DNA from: Felis catus
Lineage: Eukaryota
DNA length: 64,000 nt
Direction of reading: 5' to 3'
NCBI RefSeq assembly: GCF_018350175.1
Contig: NC_058368.1
Span: 124,870,001-124,934,000, forward strand
Below are positions 1 to 12,850 of this stretch, piece by piece (positions within the stretch are counted from its first letter, which is position 1; each line of letters starts with the position of its first letter). Both the position numbers and the translations under genes were made by a program. The notes beneath the pieces are model-generated. The model did not search any database and was not told the origin of the DNA. It worked only from the letters and a program-made list of their open reading frames with translations.

Positions 1-778
1 AAATGCAGATATCCTGATTATTGGACTAAAGCACTTTCTGCCAACCCTTGGAGAACATTCTAGTTGGAATCAAAAGGAAGTAGGAAGACCAGAGAGAGGC
101 CTGGTAGGCTCTGAGGGGAAGCAATCTCAGGCACTCAGGGACAAGAGGATTTGTGATAGAGTACAGACCAAAGGGATAGGATTCCAGCCAATTGTGAGTG
201 ACTTCCCTGCCTTGTTCCTGACCTCATACCCCACCCTTGTGTCCCCAGAAAGCCAATTAAAAATAAGCACTGACCATGTCACTGTCCTAGATACATAAAA
301 ATAACATTACTGTACATGACCAAAAGTGAACCAGATTCTCTGAATTTTTTTCCAACTTCCAAAAATAGTTAGGACTTTCTGCCAAAGAGAGTGGGGTTTG
401 AATTCCCATGAAAAAAAAAAAATCAGTTGATGGCATTTGCTCCAGTGTAGAGATAATTAAACACACACTGAAGAATGGAATTCTCCATGCTCTCTCACTA
501 TATCAGCCTGTTTTCTGAAAATAAATAAGGGAAAAAAAGAAACAACCAAGATGTAGTGAAGAAAGCACTGGACTTGGAATCAGGAAAACTGGATTCTAGA
601 TTTTAGGAAACAGATGCCATTCTTTTTAGTGACCCAGCATCTAACCCTTCCTTTACAGGTTAGAGGAATCTCTCATTTTAAGACACAGAGCCCATCCTTC
701 ATTGTATCAGCTTAAAAGGCCAGATATTTATTATTCCAGGCTCCCTTGCAGCTAGAATTTGGGTACTTGATGGCTCAC

Positions 779-1315
779 TGTAATGGCTTATTTGATGTGT
801 TAACTTACCGAGTCACAGGCTGCCAGATATTTGGTTAAACAATATTCTGGGTATGTGTGTGATAGTGTGCCTGTGAGGATGTTTCTAGATGTGATTAACA
901 TTTCAATCTATGAACTGAGTAAAACAGATTGCCCTTTCCAATGTGGTGGCTCTTGTCCAATCCATGGAAGGACTAAATAAAAAAAAAAAAAAAAAAAAAA
1001 GGCAGAGTAGAAAAAATGTGTTCTTTGTGCCTAACCTTCCTCAAGCTGAGATATCTGTCTTCTCCCACCTTTAGACTCAGACTGGAACTTATGCCATTGG
1101 CTTTCCTGGTTCTTAGGACTTTGACTTGGAATGAAACTATACCATCAGCATTCTTCGGTCTCCAGGCTTGCCAACTGCAGATCTTGAGACTTCTCAACTT
1201 CTACAACTATATGACACACTCCTCATAATAAATCTTATTGCTTATTATGTAATTCTTACAATAAATCCTATATATCCTACTAATTCTGTTTCTCTGGAGA
1301 ATCCAGACTAAAACA
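779..1315 (+). mobile_element. Solo LTR, MLT2-type (ERVL)
   Basis: Starts TGTAATGG..TGTGTTAACTT, internal ATTAACATTTCAATC..GAGTAAAACAGATTGCCC, ends TCTGTTTCTCTGGAGAATCCAGACTAAAACA. TG...CA termini. Confidence 0.8.
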
Positions 1316-2439
1316 TCCACCAATCAAAGGCACTATCCCCAGATTTTGAACAGGATGTCAAAAGAAGGATGTGGCAAAGAAGGATACAGAAATAGGGACT
1401 GGTGAAGAGAAGGGGAAGGAAAAGAGAGTTGATTAGACCTTCTTAGTTGAGATATGACTTAGAATCACAGGAAATAACCCAGGGGCTTTACAAAAAATAT
1501 TTAGGGTATGGGGCTTTTATTTTATCTCTTACTGTTGAGGCACTGAACATTATTGATTCAGGGTCAGTCTTTGACTCTTGGCCAGACTGCAAGCTCCATG
1601 AAGAGAGAAATCTTCATTGGCCTGTTCAACACTGTACCCTTGGACCTATCCTAGTGCCTAGAGACAGCAACTACTCAAAACTGTTTGTTGAATGAAGTCA
1701 TTTTTGTAAAGGAACACATCGGTCATTATTTGCAAATAGGACCATTTTGGTTTGAGCTTTATCCTGACCAAATTAAGCATTGCTCAGTGTAGGAACTTAG
1801 AGGAAACCCCAGGCTAAGAGAAGCATTATAATAACCAAAGAGGACTTAACTTCAGGTTTGACTGCAATTGGAATAAATCACAACATTGGACATTTCTCTA
1901 ACAATGAAGGATCTAGTGACTGACATTTTGGCTATGAGAGTGATAACCTCCAATCATAGAAATTCTCATACACCATGCCAAGATAAGCTGGGATATAGGT
2001 TGATAAGACCTGCCTGGACCTTCTCTGACTAGACAATTTCAGCAATGGCTCAACTCACATTCTGGTTTTATTACATCTTGCTGTTGCCATTAAAGGGCAA
2101 AGGGGGGATCGAAGGAGCAATTTGTAACTCTAATAAAATAATTACACTTAACGTCTTTATTATATTTTAAGAGATTTAGTTCAAAAGGTAACAGAAGCCT
2201 ACAGTTAAATTTGTATTCAAATGGAAAATGCAGCTTCGTTTGTCAGAAATGTACTTCCTGAGGCCACTGTATGCTGTGGCAGTGTGTAGGACAGGGCACA
2301 AAGGTATCCTTGACAGTGCTTAACTGGAAGAGAAACTTCTCTGGGATAATCCTGGGTACCCTAACAAGCTGTAGAGTTATCACTTACAAGCAGATATTAC
2401 GAGCTGGTCACTGTCTAAGCGTTTAAGATGCTCTAACTC

Positions 2440-2610
2440 AGATAATCCTCACAAATCCCAGTGAGTATGTTACCATCATTTCACCCATTTTACAGATGAG
2501 GCAAAGCAGGCACAGAGTAGTAAATAACTTGTACAAATTCACAAGCTACGATGTGAGGAACTGAGATACAGACCCAAGCATTTGGGTCTGGAGTCTGTGC
2601 CCTTAACAAT
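2440..2610 (-). mobile_element. MIR SINE fragment
   Basis: MIR core-like CCCATTTTACAGATGAGG..AGGCACAGAG..AAATAACTTG. Confidence 0.7.
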
Positions 2611-2745
2611 TATACAAGTGAATACTAAATAAAAACTCAGTACTTCCTGCCACAGATAACATGGTTGGTGCTCACTGCCAAAGATGAGTCAGGGCTAAGA
2701 ATTAGTGAGGGGCTGATGAACAAAGAACAAATTTAAGGCCTTTAA

Positions 2746-2746
<1 letters not shown>

Positions 2747-2790
<44 letters not shown>
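2747..2790. repeat. (AC)22 microsatellite
   Basis: Perfect dinucleotide run. Confidence 0.97.
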
Positions 2791-2792
<2 letters not shown>

Positions 2793-2821
2793 GTTACCTT
2801 TGGTGTTATTTACTAACTATA

Positions 2822-3026
2822 GGGGCGTCTGGGTGGCTCAGTTGGTTGAGCATCGGACTTCAGCTCAGGTCATGATCTCATGGGTCATGAGTTCAAGCCC
2901 TGCATTAGGCTCTGTGCTGACAGCTCAGAGCCTAGAGCCTGTTCCAGATTCTGTCTCCCTCTCTCTCTGCCCCTCCTCTGCTCACACTCTTTCTTTCTCT
3001 CAAAAATAAAATAAACTTTAAAAAAA
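2822..3026 (+). mobile_element. CAN-SINE
   Basis: tRNA-derived head GGGGCGTCTGGGTGGCTCAG, CT-rich region, A tail. TSD TATTTACT(A/G)ACTATA at 2807-2821 and 3029-3043. Confidence 0.95.
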
Positions 3027-3057
3027 TGTATTTACTGACTATAAAAATAATATGTTT

Positions 3058-3290
3058 GGGGCGCCTGGATGGCTTAGTCGGTTAAATGTCCGACTCTTGA
3101 CCTCAGCTCAGGTCATGACCTCACGGTTCATGAGTTCAAGCCCCATGTAGGGCTCTGCGCTGACAGTGTGGAGCCTGCTTGGGATTCTCTCTCTCCGTCT
3201 TGCTCTCTGCCCCTCCCCCGATTGTGTGTGTGCACTCACACAGTCTTTTTCTCTCTCAAAATAAACTTTGAAAAATAAATAAAAATAAAA
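3058..3290 (+). mobile_element. CAN-SINE
   Basis: Full head, CT region and A tail. TSD AAAA(A/T)TAATATGTT. Confidence 0.95.
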
Positions 3291-3350
3291 TTAATATGTT
3301 CACAGGAGAAAATGTGGGAAATATTAAGTATTTAAAAAATTAAAATCTCA

Positions 3351-3555
3351 GGGCTCCTGGGTGGCTCAATCGGTTAAGCATCCAACTTTGGTTCAGGTCA
3401 TGATCTCATGCCTTGTTAGTTCAAGTCCCACGTCAGGCTCTATGCTGACAGCTTGGAGCCTGGAGTCTGTTTGGGATTCTATGTCTCCCTCTCTCTCTGC
3501 CCCTCCCCTGCTCATGCTCATGCTCTCTCAGAAATAAATAAACATTAAAAAAAAT
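3351..3555 (+). mobile_element. CAN-SINE
   Basis: Full element. TSD AATTAAAATCTCA at 3338-3350 and 3562-3574. Confidence 0.95.
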
Positions 3556-3809
3556 TTTTTTAATTAAAATCTCATGTCAGTTTGAGTCTTTTATACCCAT
3601 CCACAGATCTTGTTCATCTGCCCAAGTGTCCTATCAATTATTCAGTATACTTTTGCACTGTGCTGTACCTGGCTCTGTGAAGCAATTATACACATCATAT
3701 AAACTAACTCAGCTTTGGTTTACAAGAAGAAACAAAACATACCTAAGAAATGTCTGTTATCTACAATTTTAGGCAAGTTGTTATTAAAAGTGATGGAGCA
3801 CCAAGGGTT

Positions 3810-4080
3810 TTAAGGCAGCAAAACTAGGCTGCATGATACTATACTAGACATTTGTTAAAACCCTCAGAATGTGCAATACCAAGCATGAACCCTAATGTAA
3901 ACTATGAACTCTGGGTGATAATGATATATCAATTGTAGATTCATCAATTATAACAAATGTGCCACTCCAGAGAGGGAGGGTGATAGTGAGGGAGGCCATA
4001 CATACCTGGAAATCTCTGTACCTTCTGCTCAATTCTGTTGGAAACCTAAAACTGCTCTAAAACAATAAAGTCTATTTAAA
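3810..4080 (+). mobile_element. Old L1 (L1MC-like) 3' end
   Basis: GAACCCTAATGTAAACTATG..GAAATCTCTGTACCTTCTGCTCAATT..AACCTAAAACTGCTCTAAAA matches the recalled L1MC 3'UTR. Confidence 0.75.
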
Positions 4081-5205
4081 ATTTTTTTAAAAAATTAAGT
4101 TTGAAAAATTGATACAAAGTTAAAGTAACTAAGGCATGGTATTTATTGTGTGCCACACATAGTTCTAAGAAGCTACATGAATTACCTCGTTCAGTCCTCA
4201 CTATAACTAAATTGATGAGACTATCCTTAAATAGCCTTCTTATAGATGAGGGAGCCAAGGTGCAGAGAAACTACCCAAGTTACCAAAACTCATAGCTATT
4301 AAGTGGTAGAGGCAGACTTTGAATCTGAGCAGTGAGCTCCAGAAGCTCCTAATCACTATTGTCCCCTGTCTTCATGAAGGTTTGAGACAGCTAAGGACGG
4401 TAGGATTGCTTCGGAGAAGGGCAGGGGTGAAGGGAACAGGGGAGCTCTAGAGGGATACGAGCAGGGAAGAGGAACATTTGAGGCAGATGAAGGAGTCCTC
4501 GTTTCTCCTGTTCCTGAAGTATTTCAGAGCCTCCGAATATCTTGTGGGTGCATTTCCACCAATGCAGAATGCTAGATTTCTGATCCTTCTGTGGAGGGTT
4601 CACACCAAGCAAAATGACCACCATTTCCAGAAAGACAGTCATAGTGGACATATGCCCAGCACTACTAAGCACTGTAGATAAATTGTATCTTCAGGCCAGA
4701 GTAAAGTATCTCTGTCTCTGTCACCCTGCCCTATACCTCCCTCCTCCCTCCCCTCACAGCCCTCTCTATCTCAAATCTCTTCCCAGTGACAGTTTGCCCT
4801 TGTCCCTCTAGGGCTGCCCCAGGACACTGCCCTGCCAGCATTACTCCACCCTCTCTCCTGGCAAATCTGCTCAGGTTGTGGTTTGGCCCTGGAGGTCTAC
4901 ACTGGCCAGGAACAGCCTGAAACAAACTTCAGATAATGAGAAAGTTCCATGTTTGCCTGAGGCATGACAAGTCATTCAAGACAATCTCATACTAGTTAGT
5001 ACTCCATCCCAGCTGTGCCCTCACTGTCCTGTATATTTAGGCCTGCTGAGGAGAGCCAATCTTGATAGGCCTGTTTCTCTCCCTCATCCTTCCTGAAAGG
5101 GCATTACTAAGATTTCTTTCTGACAGAAATTTCTTTCTGTGGAATTTTGTAAGTATTCAAAGTATTCAACCATTTCACAAGTTTGCTTAAAACTGTATCA
5201 AACTA

Positions 5206-5353
5206 GAGAGCCTGGGTGGCTCAGTAGGTTAAGCGGTTAAACATACAACTTCGGCTCAGTCATGATCTCACGATTTGTGAATTTGGGCCCTGCACTGTGC
5301 TCTGTGCTGACAACAGCACTGACAGCACAGAGCCCACTTGGGATTCTCTCTCT

Positions 5354-5432
<79 letters not shown>
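5206..5432 (+). mobile_element. CAN-SINE ending in an expanded (CT)n tract, no A tail
   Basis: CCTGGGTGGCTCAG head; ~85-bp CT microsatellite at 5346-5431. Confidence 0.88.
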
Positions 5433-5437
<5 letters not shown>

Positions 5438-5617
5438 GCCATTGATGCTTGCTATAAAAGAGTAGAAAAAGTATAATATAATGGTCAAGTAAACTATATA
5501 TATACAATTTATTATGTAGCCATTTAAATAATGCCTAAGAAGGGTTTTTAGTATCACAAAATGCTTAAAATATATTTATCCAAAAAAAAGGAAAGAAACT
5601 GAGCGCCCCAAATTATA

Positions 5618-5621
<4 letters not shown>

Positions 5622-5667
<46 letters not shown>
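5622..5667. repeat. (AT)n microsatellite
   Basis: Perfect AT run. Confidence 0.97.
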
Positions 5668-5670
<3 letters not shown>

Positions 5671-7832
5671 CTTAATAGACATATGGAAAGATGACTGGCC
5701 AAAATGTTAGCATTTTTAGCTGAGTGGTAGCTATTGGATGATTGTTACTTTCTTCTTTATGCTTCTCTGGATTTTCCAAGTTTTCTATGTTGGACATGAT
5801 TATGAGAGTAACTAATGCCTATTTTGTAAACAATACAAAAAAATCATCAAAATAAAGTGACAGTCAACCCAAGCCCACTTTATAGAAGATAACCACTGTC
5901 AACATTTTGGTGTTAACATTTAGGATTTGTTTTCCTCTGTACATTTCCATGTATAAATGTCCATTTTAAAATAGGCAATGATATTATACATGGTGTCTTA
6001 TACTCTGATTTTTGTGCCGGTTTTATACTAAGAAAACAAATCTCAAAACATAAAATTGATATTATTTTTCTCAGGACTTCTCACTGCCTTTTTATCCTTC
6101 TTCTTTCATACAGGTTTGCAGAAATGTGAAGATATACATAAATAATGTAGCCACAGGAACATAACATACCATGCCCAAAAATAACAGTGTAAAAAGTGTA
6201 CCAATAATTAATGTATGAGGAAAATTTATATTTAGCAACTTGGAGAAAAGGGCTTCTTGGTACTCCCCCTTCCCTTAGAGCTGCCTTGGAGGACCTTGAA
6301 CCTGACAGTGACCCATAGCAAGTGAGGCCTATTTAGCAAAGAGGTTACAGGCAGAGTTATGTCTGAGTTAGTTAAAATTCCTCCTCCTCCATCTCACGCG
6401 GGCTCTCTGACCTTGGGCAAATGACTTGACTTCTGTAAACCTTCATTTCCTTATCGAAAAAAAAACAGAGGCAATTCTATTAATGACCTCAAAGGGATGC
6501 TGTAAAGATTGAATTGGGCAGTCCATGTGAGGTGCTTAGCATAGTCAGTTATTATCTAAGTGGTGATGATGTCATTATTCTTTCTTCCCAGAAAGGGCTG
6601 TCACACTTCATCTGGCTTAAACCACACCCAGACAAACAGCATTTAGTCCTTCCACTATTCTGTCCACATCAAGAAAAAGAAAAAAAATCAATAGGCAGCA
6701 GACATTATACCTTATATGCATATCACATATATGGATATCATAATAAAATAATGTTCCACAGTCTTTTACTATCCCATACCTAGCATTAACTAATTGAGTT
6801 TAGAAATGGAAAGAAAGTTTAACATTTAGGTTTTTATACATTTTGTTAGGCATTAGATATAATAAGAGTAACAATAAGAGGTGGAGGGAAGGAAAAGAAT
6901 AGCTACAATTTTTGCACGCTTTCCATATGTCAAGTAGCATGCTCAGGGTGGTTACAGAACTAAATGTTACCAACAAGTATTTTTTGTCCCCATTTTACAA
7001 ATAGGGAAACTGAGGCTTAAGGAAATTAAACAATTTGCCTAAGAATACACACCTGGTAATTAGACTTGAATCCAGTGTATTTAATTACAAACTTCTGAGC
7101 TTAACCACAAGGATAATCTTCCCAACAATTCCACAAAGTAGGCATTACCTCAAGTGTTACCCAAGGTTAACACCTAAGAGTCTTTCCATGCTGGAATTTA
7201 CAAAATCTTTTCTGGAATAGTCACTCCCTCAAACCCTACGTGTTATTTCCATGATCAGAAGCTGATTTCATGTTTGCACATTAAAATTACCAGGACAGGC
7301 TTTTAAATACAGCAAACCTCCCTACAGAGATTCTAATGTACTGCATCTGAGCAGCTTCAAGCCCAACTCGGTCCAATTCAACCAGCATGGAGAAGCATTG
7401 CACTAAATGGTGCTGGGAGCACCCACTGCTTCTGAAAGGACTCTCAAGTGGTTTCTCCATCCTCTCAGTTCCCCAGAATTTCTACTCCATCCAGCAGCAC
7501 CTACAGCTCTTTTCCTAGGTTTGCTCTTCTCCCTCTCTCATTCATTCTCTGCTCTGCCACGAAAGACCTTAAGTCACTCCTGGATGATCCACCTCCCCCG
7601 CCCTCACCCTTTCAAAGTTTCCTAGAAAGCTTTGGTGAAAGCATGATCTATTCCTTCCTTTCAGTGAGTTTGGGAAACCACTCTTTCTGTGGTTTCAACA
7701 AAAAAGGGAGGAGGGGGATAAACAACAACAACAACAAACAAAAAACAAAAACAACAAGAAAAAGGATGCTCACAAATTACCATTCATTGTTCCTGGGAAC
7801 CAATCCTTTGATTTTTAAGAATTAAGAAATGA

Positions 7833-8037
7833 GGGGCACCTTGGTGGCTCAGTTGGTTAAGCGACTGACTTCAGCTTAGGTCATGATCTCATAGTCTGTG
7901 GGTCTGAGCCCCACATCAGGCTCCACACACTAGCAGTGTGGAGCCTGCTTGGGATTCTCTCTCTTTCCCTCTCTTGCTGCCCATCCCCAACTCACATTTC
8001 CTGTCTCTCAAAAATAAATTAAAAAAAAAAAAAAAAG
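7833..8037 (+). mobile_element. CAN-SINE
   Basis: Head, CT region, A tail. Confidence 0.93.
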
Positions 8038-9541
8038 AATAAAGTAAGGAAGACTTGTCAGACCCCTCCTGCCCCAAAACTGCCTGAGAGGAATTTTGCT
8101 GAGTGTGTTCTTCTGAATACAGGGTCATCTGTATCTTGGGGACCAAATGACCACAAGAAGTTGCAGCTTCTGTTTTCTAAAAGTTACATTACATAGTCTG
8201 TGGAAGACTTTTATTACATGGATCTTACTGTTCAAAGAGTGCTCAGTTCTTAAAAATCTCAGACCTTCTAACTGCTAAAAGGAAAACCACACTGATTTTG
8301 TTCACCAGCAAAAACATATTAACATATGGCCCCAAACAGACATATCTAGGGTTTTTGCTTAAAATGATATACCACTGTTCTTTCTACTGACTACTCCCTT
8401 ATTCTTGTTGTATACTCACATATGGAATACAATTCTGAAAATACTTCTTTTAAACTATTTAAATCTTTATCTTTCCATGTTAGTTGTTTATCTCCACTGC
8501 AAATAGTTCACAGAGACATGAGTCAATGTAAAACTTGCACTAGTTTTCACTGATAAATCCACAGAAAAGGACTTTTGAGATGAAATGACTGTTCTCTCTC
8601 CCCATATTTGAGTTGAACAATTATGTGGCCACAAGAAAAAGCTTTAAGTAGCTCAACCTTCACCTCTGTTTCTGGTGAGAATCAAGAATGAGACTAATGA
8701 TCTTGTCTGAACTACCTGAAACCAATTCCAACGTCTACTTTTGCAGTTTTACACCCAAAAAGAATCTGAGACTTTAAGCAGAATGTAAGAACTGAAACCA
8801 TGATATTGCTGTACAGTCTCCTCTTGAAAGGACTTTGGCTTGATTTATGAGCACCTCATTATTAATTTACCTTTTGCTGCAGAGATGGAAAGAAAAATGC
8901 ACAAGAACCAAATCTAAAAAAAGAGGCCTTACTGAATGAAATGGACATGGTTTACCCTGCTGTTTCTCAAAAGGAATCCCAGAAGAGTACAGAATTAAGA
9001 ACAAATTGTTTCAGCAACACAAGGCTGCTTCTTATCCAAAGTAGTCTTCAAAAAAAATCAATAAATATACACATAAAAATGAGTTAAACAGTTCACAAAG
9101 TTACTAAATTAAACAAAAGCATCTAAACTGGGATAAGTAGTCATTTAGGGATAACTTACTGACTGAGAATTCTGAAATCCTAATTTATAAGTTATGTAAA
9201 TTATTAACTATAAAAAGTCATCAAAATGATGCTTATTATAATTATTATCACCTTCTGAAAAAGATACAATGAGTGAGATGTACTCAGTTTTATAGATGAG
9301 ATGGAATAAAGTGAAATCAGAATCAGACAATAAAAAGGTGGACAAGGTCTGTTTCAGTATTTTAATACACTTGTTTAAAACTTCTCCATGGGTACAGATA
9401 TATCTGCATGTGTGTAAGATACACATGCACAACTTTTTCCTGGACTGATTGATAATCATGAACAATTATGCTTAGTTTTAATTTCACGTTCAGTTTAAAG
9501 CTGTCCAATTGAGTTTCTAACCATATACTAGTGACAGTTTC

Positions 9542-9764
9542 TTTTTAAAATTTTTTTTAATGTTTATTTTTGAGAGAGAGAGAGACAGAGAGAGAGAGTG
9601 TGAGCAGGGGAGAGGCAGAGAAAGAGGGAGACACAGAATCCAAAGCAGGCTCCAGGCTCTGAGCTGTCAGCACACAGCCCGACATGGGGTCCGAACCCAC
9701 AGACTGTGAGATAATGGCCTGAGCCCAAGTCAGACTCTCAACCTACTGAGCAACCCAGGCACCC
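9542..9764 (-). mobile_element. CAN-SINE
   Basis: Reverse-complement element; flanking GACAGTTT duplicated. Confidence 0.93.
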
Positions 9765-9913
9765 GACGACAGTTTATTTTTAATAAAACAAGTGTCACCT
9801 GGGCAGTGAGGATATAGCCCATTCTAATTTTTTTTCTGTTTTCTTATATTAAAAACTGAATATATGCTATTCTAAAATTAAATATCATTACCTGTTCTAT
9901 TTTTAAAAATTGG

Positions 9914-10128
9914 GGGGCTCCTGGGCGGCTCAGTCAGTTAAGCATCTGACTTCAGCTCAGGTCATGATCTCGCAGTACATGGGTTTGAGCCCCACATCAG
10001 GCTCTGTGCTGACAGCTCAGAGCCTGGAGCCTGCTTTGGATTCTGTGTCTCCCTTGCTCACTGCCCCTCCCCTGCTCATCCTCTCTCTCTTTCTCTCTCT
10101 CTCTCAACAATAAACATTTAAAAAAAAA
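9914..10128 (+). mobile_element. CAN-SINE
   Basis: Head, CT region, A tail. Confidence 0.93.
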
Positions 10129-12319
10129 TGTTTTAATTGGAGAAGGAGACAAAGTCATCACATTAAAGTTAGAGCTGGTTTTAAAAAGCATTATGCAAGA
10201 TATTCTCTAGGAATTCAAACAGATTTTTTCCTGTTCACATATTTATTTCACCACTCATTCATGACCAGATTTTAGTTTTGTATTATATTCTATTAAAAAA
10301 AAATCTGAAAAAAGCACCCCAAGACCCACCAGAATACACAGTTTTTATCTTATTTTATTTTCTTTTGTTTCCAATGCTAACAAGTTATTATATGGTCTTA
10401 TTTTAAGTAGAGCCATGAAAGTGTCAAGGGTTTGGGGGGGGGGGGATCTACATTTTCATGAACTGTACTCAGATTTTGAGTATAGTATGCTGTTCCTCAC
10501 AACTGTGGGTACTTTTGTACTTCCTTATTCCTCACAAAGTATAATTGTTTCATGTTTTCCATTGTCCAGTCCCCAAGAACCTTGACTGAAGAACCAGCAT
10601 TCTGTGCTGGGTTTGAATTCATCATTAGCACCCAGGGTAACCTCAGTCCACAGAATGTAAGAAGACAAGTGAGGCAATGTTTGTGGAGTCCAGCGGCTGA
10701 ACCCGCTCCACAACAGAAGAAATGCCCCAATTGTCCTTCCTAAGCAAAAATTGCCATGATTCCCCATAAATAAGCAGTTGTCCGTTGACTGTTATAAATA
10801 GACTTTAATATACAACCAGCTGTCTCAGAAAGTTTATAACTGTTGACCAAAGACACAGTAGGGAAGAGAAATGGGATGTTTCCACATAGCAGGAGAATAG
10901 CCTGTCTGCAGTGAGTGAGGTTGCACACAGATTCCCCATTTAAAACATGTTAGCATGCCTGAATTCAAACTAAAATTAGGGGATAGCACAATGGGCTTCA
11001 TGTGGGAGTCTTTTCAATAGAGACTGTATTCTTTTCTGATGGGCACCCTTGAATTCAGGATTGTGAAATAAGTAGCAGTTACCAGCAGACATCCTACAAA
11101 GTGCTGGTCAGAGAAGATATTTTAGAAGATACAGAGCAAGATGCACCAGTTTGGCTGTGATAAGAACTAACCTCTGTCCCTGTCTCTTACCCATTTCCTG
11201 TACTGCTTTTCTTTATCGTTTTCAAAATAATTCTCCTTCCTTGCCTTCTTTCTCAACCTCCCCAGATAACGACTCTATGAGCAAGTGTTTTGAACAGTTT
11301 ATTTTAACCAGATCCAATCCCTGGGGCAAGATGCAGTCTCAAAAATCTGATGGGGTATGACAGAGAACAAGGCCCAGAGCAGCCAGCCAGGGCACATGCC
11401 TCTCTGTACTGCAGAAGGATCCCACCCACGGCTGCTGTGAGTTCTAACCAGCCAGCCAGAGATAATTGGATGTGGCTGAGACTAAAGGTAGATGTGCTAC
11501 TGTTGCAAAGCTCAGTAAAACAACTCAGGGAAGGACAAACATGCCTCAGAGAAATATGGAAATAGAAGGGTGAGGACAAAAGACAGACAAAGGAAACCAG
11601 AATCTAGAAGGAAAGACATATCAGAATGTTTCTCCCTCTACTAAAATAAATAGGGATGAAAAAGAATAGGATATTTTAATACAAAATAGTATACTGTGTA
11701 CTTTTTTAAATGTACATCTTCCCAAATATCTCTGAAATATGCTCTGAGGATGATTTTCCTTTCCAAATGGGTTCCTGGTTTGATCCTCACCCTCTAAAAA
11801 ATTTTAAGAGGATTACAATTTTCTAAAATCACTTAGATTAAAAAAATAATAATAATAAAGACTACCATGATTGCTTTTGAACTATCCAGAGCTAGCAGAT
11901 AATCCTATGATCCCAACTCACCCTGAAATTTACATGAGTGAGAAAGTTTATGTTTAGTTTAAATTGGAGATTTTTTTTTCCTTCTGGTTGAGACACATGT
12001 AATTTAACACCGAGTCTTATTTAAGAATTACAAGTTCTATTTTAAAGACTGAAACACTTTAAACTGAGTAGGCAAGAAAATGTACCCTTAGAGATGTACA
12101 CCCAGAAGATCTGAGATATTTGAGATCTCCTACTACAAACTTGTAAATGATTACTTTTTCCTTGGAAACTGCTGTTCCTCAATATCCTTTCATAAAGCAG
12201 CACCTCCCTCAGAGTGTTGTAATAGAGCTAAGTGAGTGGGAGTTGCCTTACACATGGCACTCAGTAGTTTACTCTAGCACAAATTAAAGCACTCCATAAC
12301 TTGACGTTGCTTTCTTTTT

Positions 12320-12850
12320 CTTCCACGGTAACTTTGCACTGTAGTATACAGACACAAGTGCATGTCGGTATACAGCTTGACGAATTTTCATGAACTGAAC
12401 ATACCAATAGGACCACCACCCAAATTAAGAACATTCCGCACACCTAAAGGAGCTCCCTTCATGCTCCACTGTGGTCACTATTGACCAACCTGCCAGCTCA
12501 CAGTAACTACTATCCTAACAGTATCAGTTTTGCTTTTTTGAAGATATATATTTTTATTTTTGCTAAACAGACAAAGTAAATTTAGCATCTTAACCATTTT
12601 TAAGTGTACAGTTCTGTGGCACAGAAGTATGTTCACGTTATTGTGCTAATACTACCAGCTTCCATCTCCAGAACTCTTCATCATCCCAAACTGAAACTCT
12701 AATTCCAATTAAACAGTCTCTCCCCACTCCCTTCCTTGCCCAGGCCCTATCAATGACAATTATATTTTCCATGTCTATGAAACTGACTATTCTAGGTACC
12801 TCATATAAGTGGAATAATATATTATTTATGCTAGTTTTGCCTAGGAGATA
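12320..12850 (-). mobile_element. Old L1M 3' fragments
   Basis: ACCATTTTTAAGTGTACAGTTC..CCATCTCCAGAACTCTTCATCATCCCAAACTGAAACTCT..CTAGGTACCTCATATAAGTGGAAT. Confidence 0.75.

Noticed and set aside
2822..2900. tRNA gene-like A/B boxes at SINE heads
   Set aside because: These are the tRNA-derived heads of CAN-SINEs, with no intact cloverleaf.
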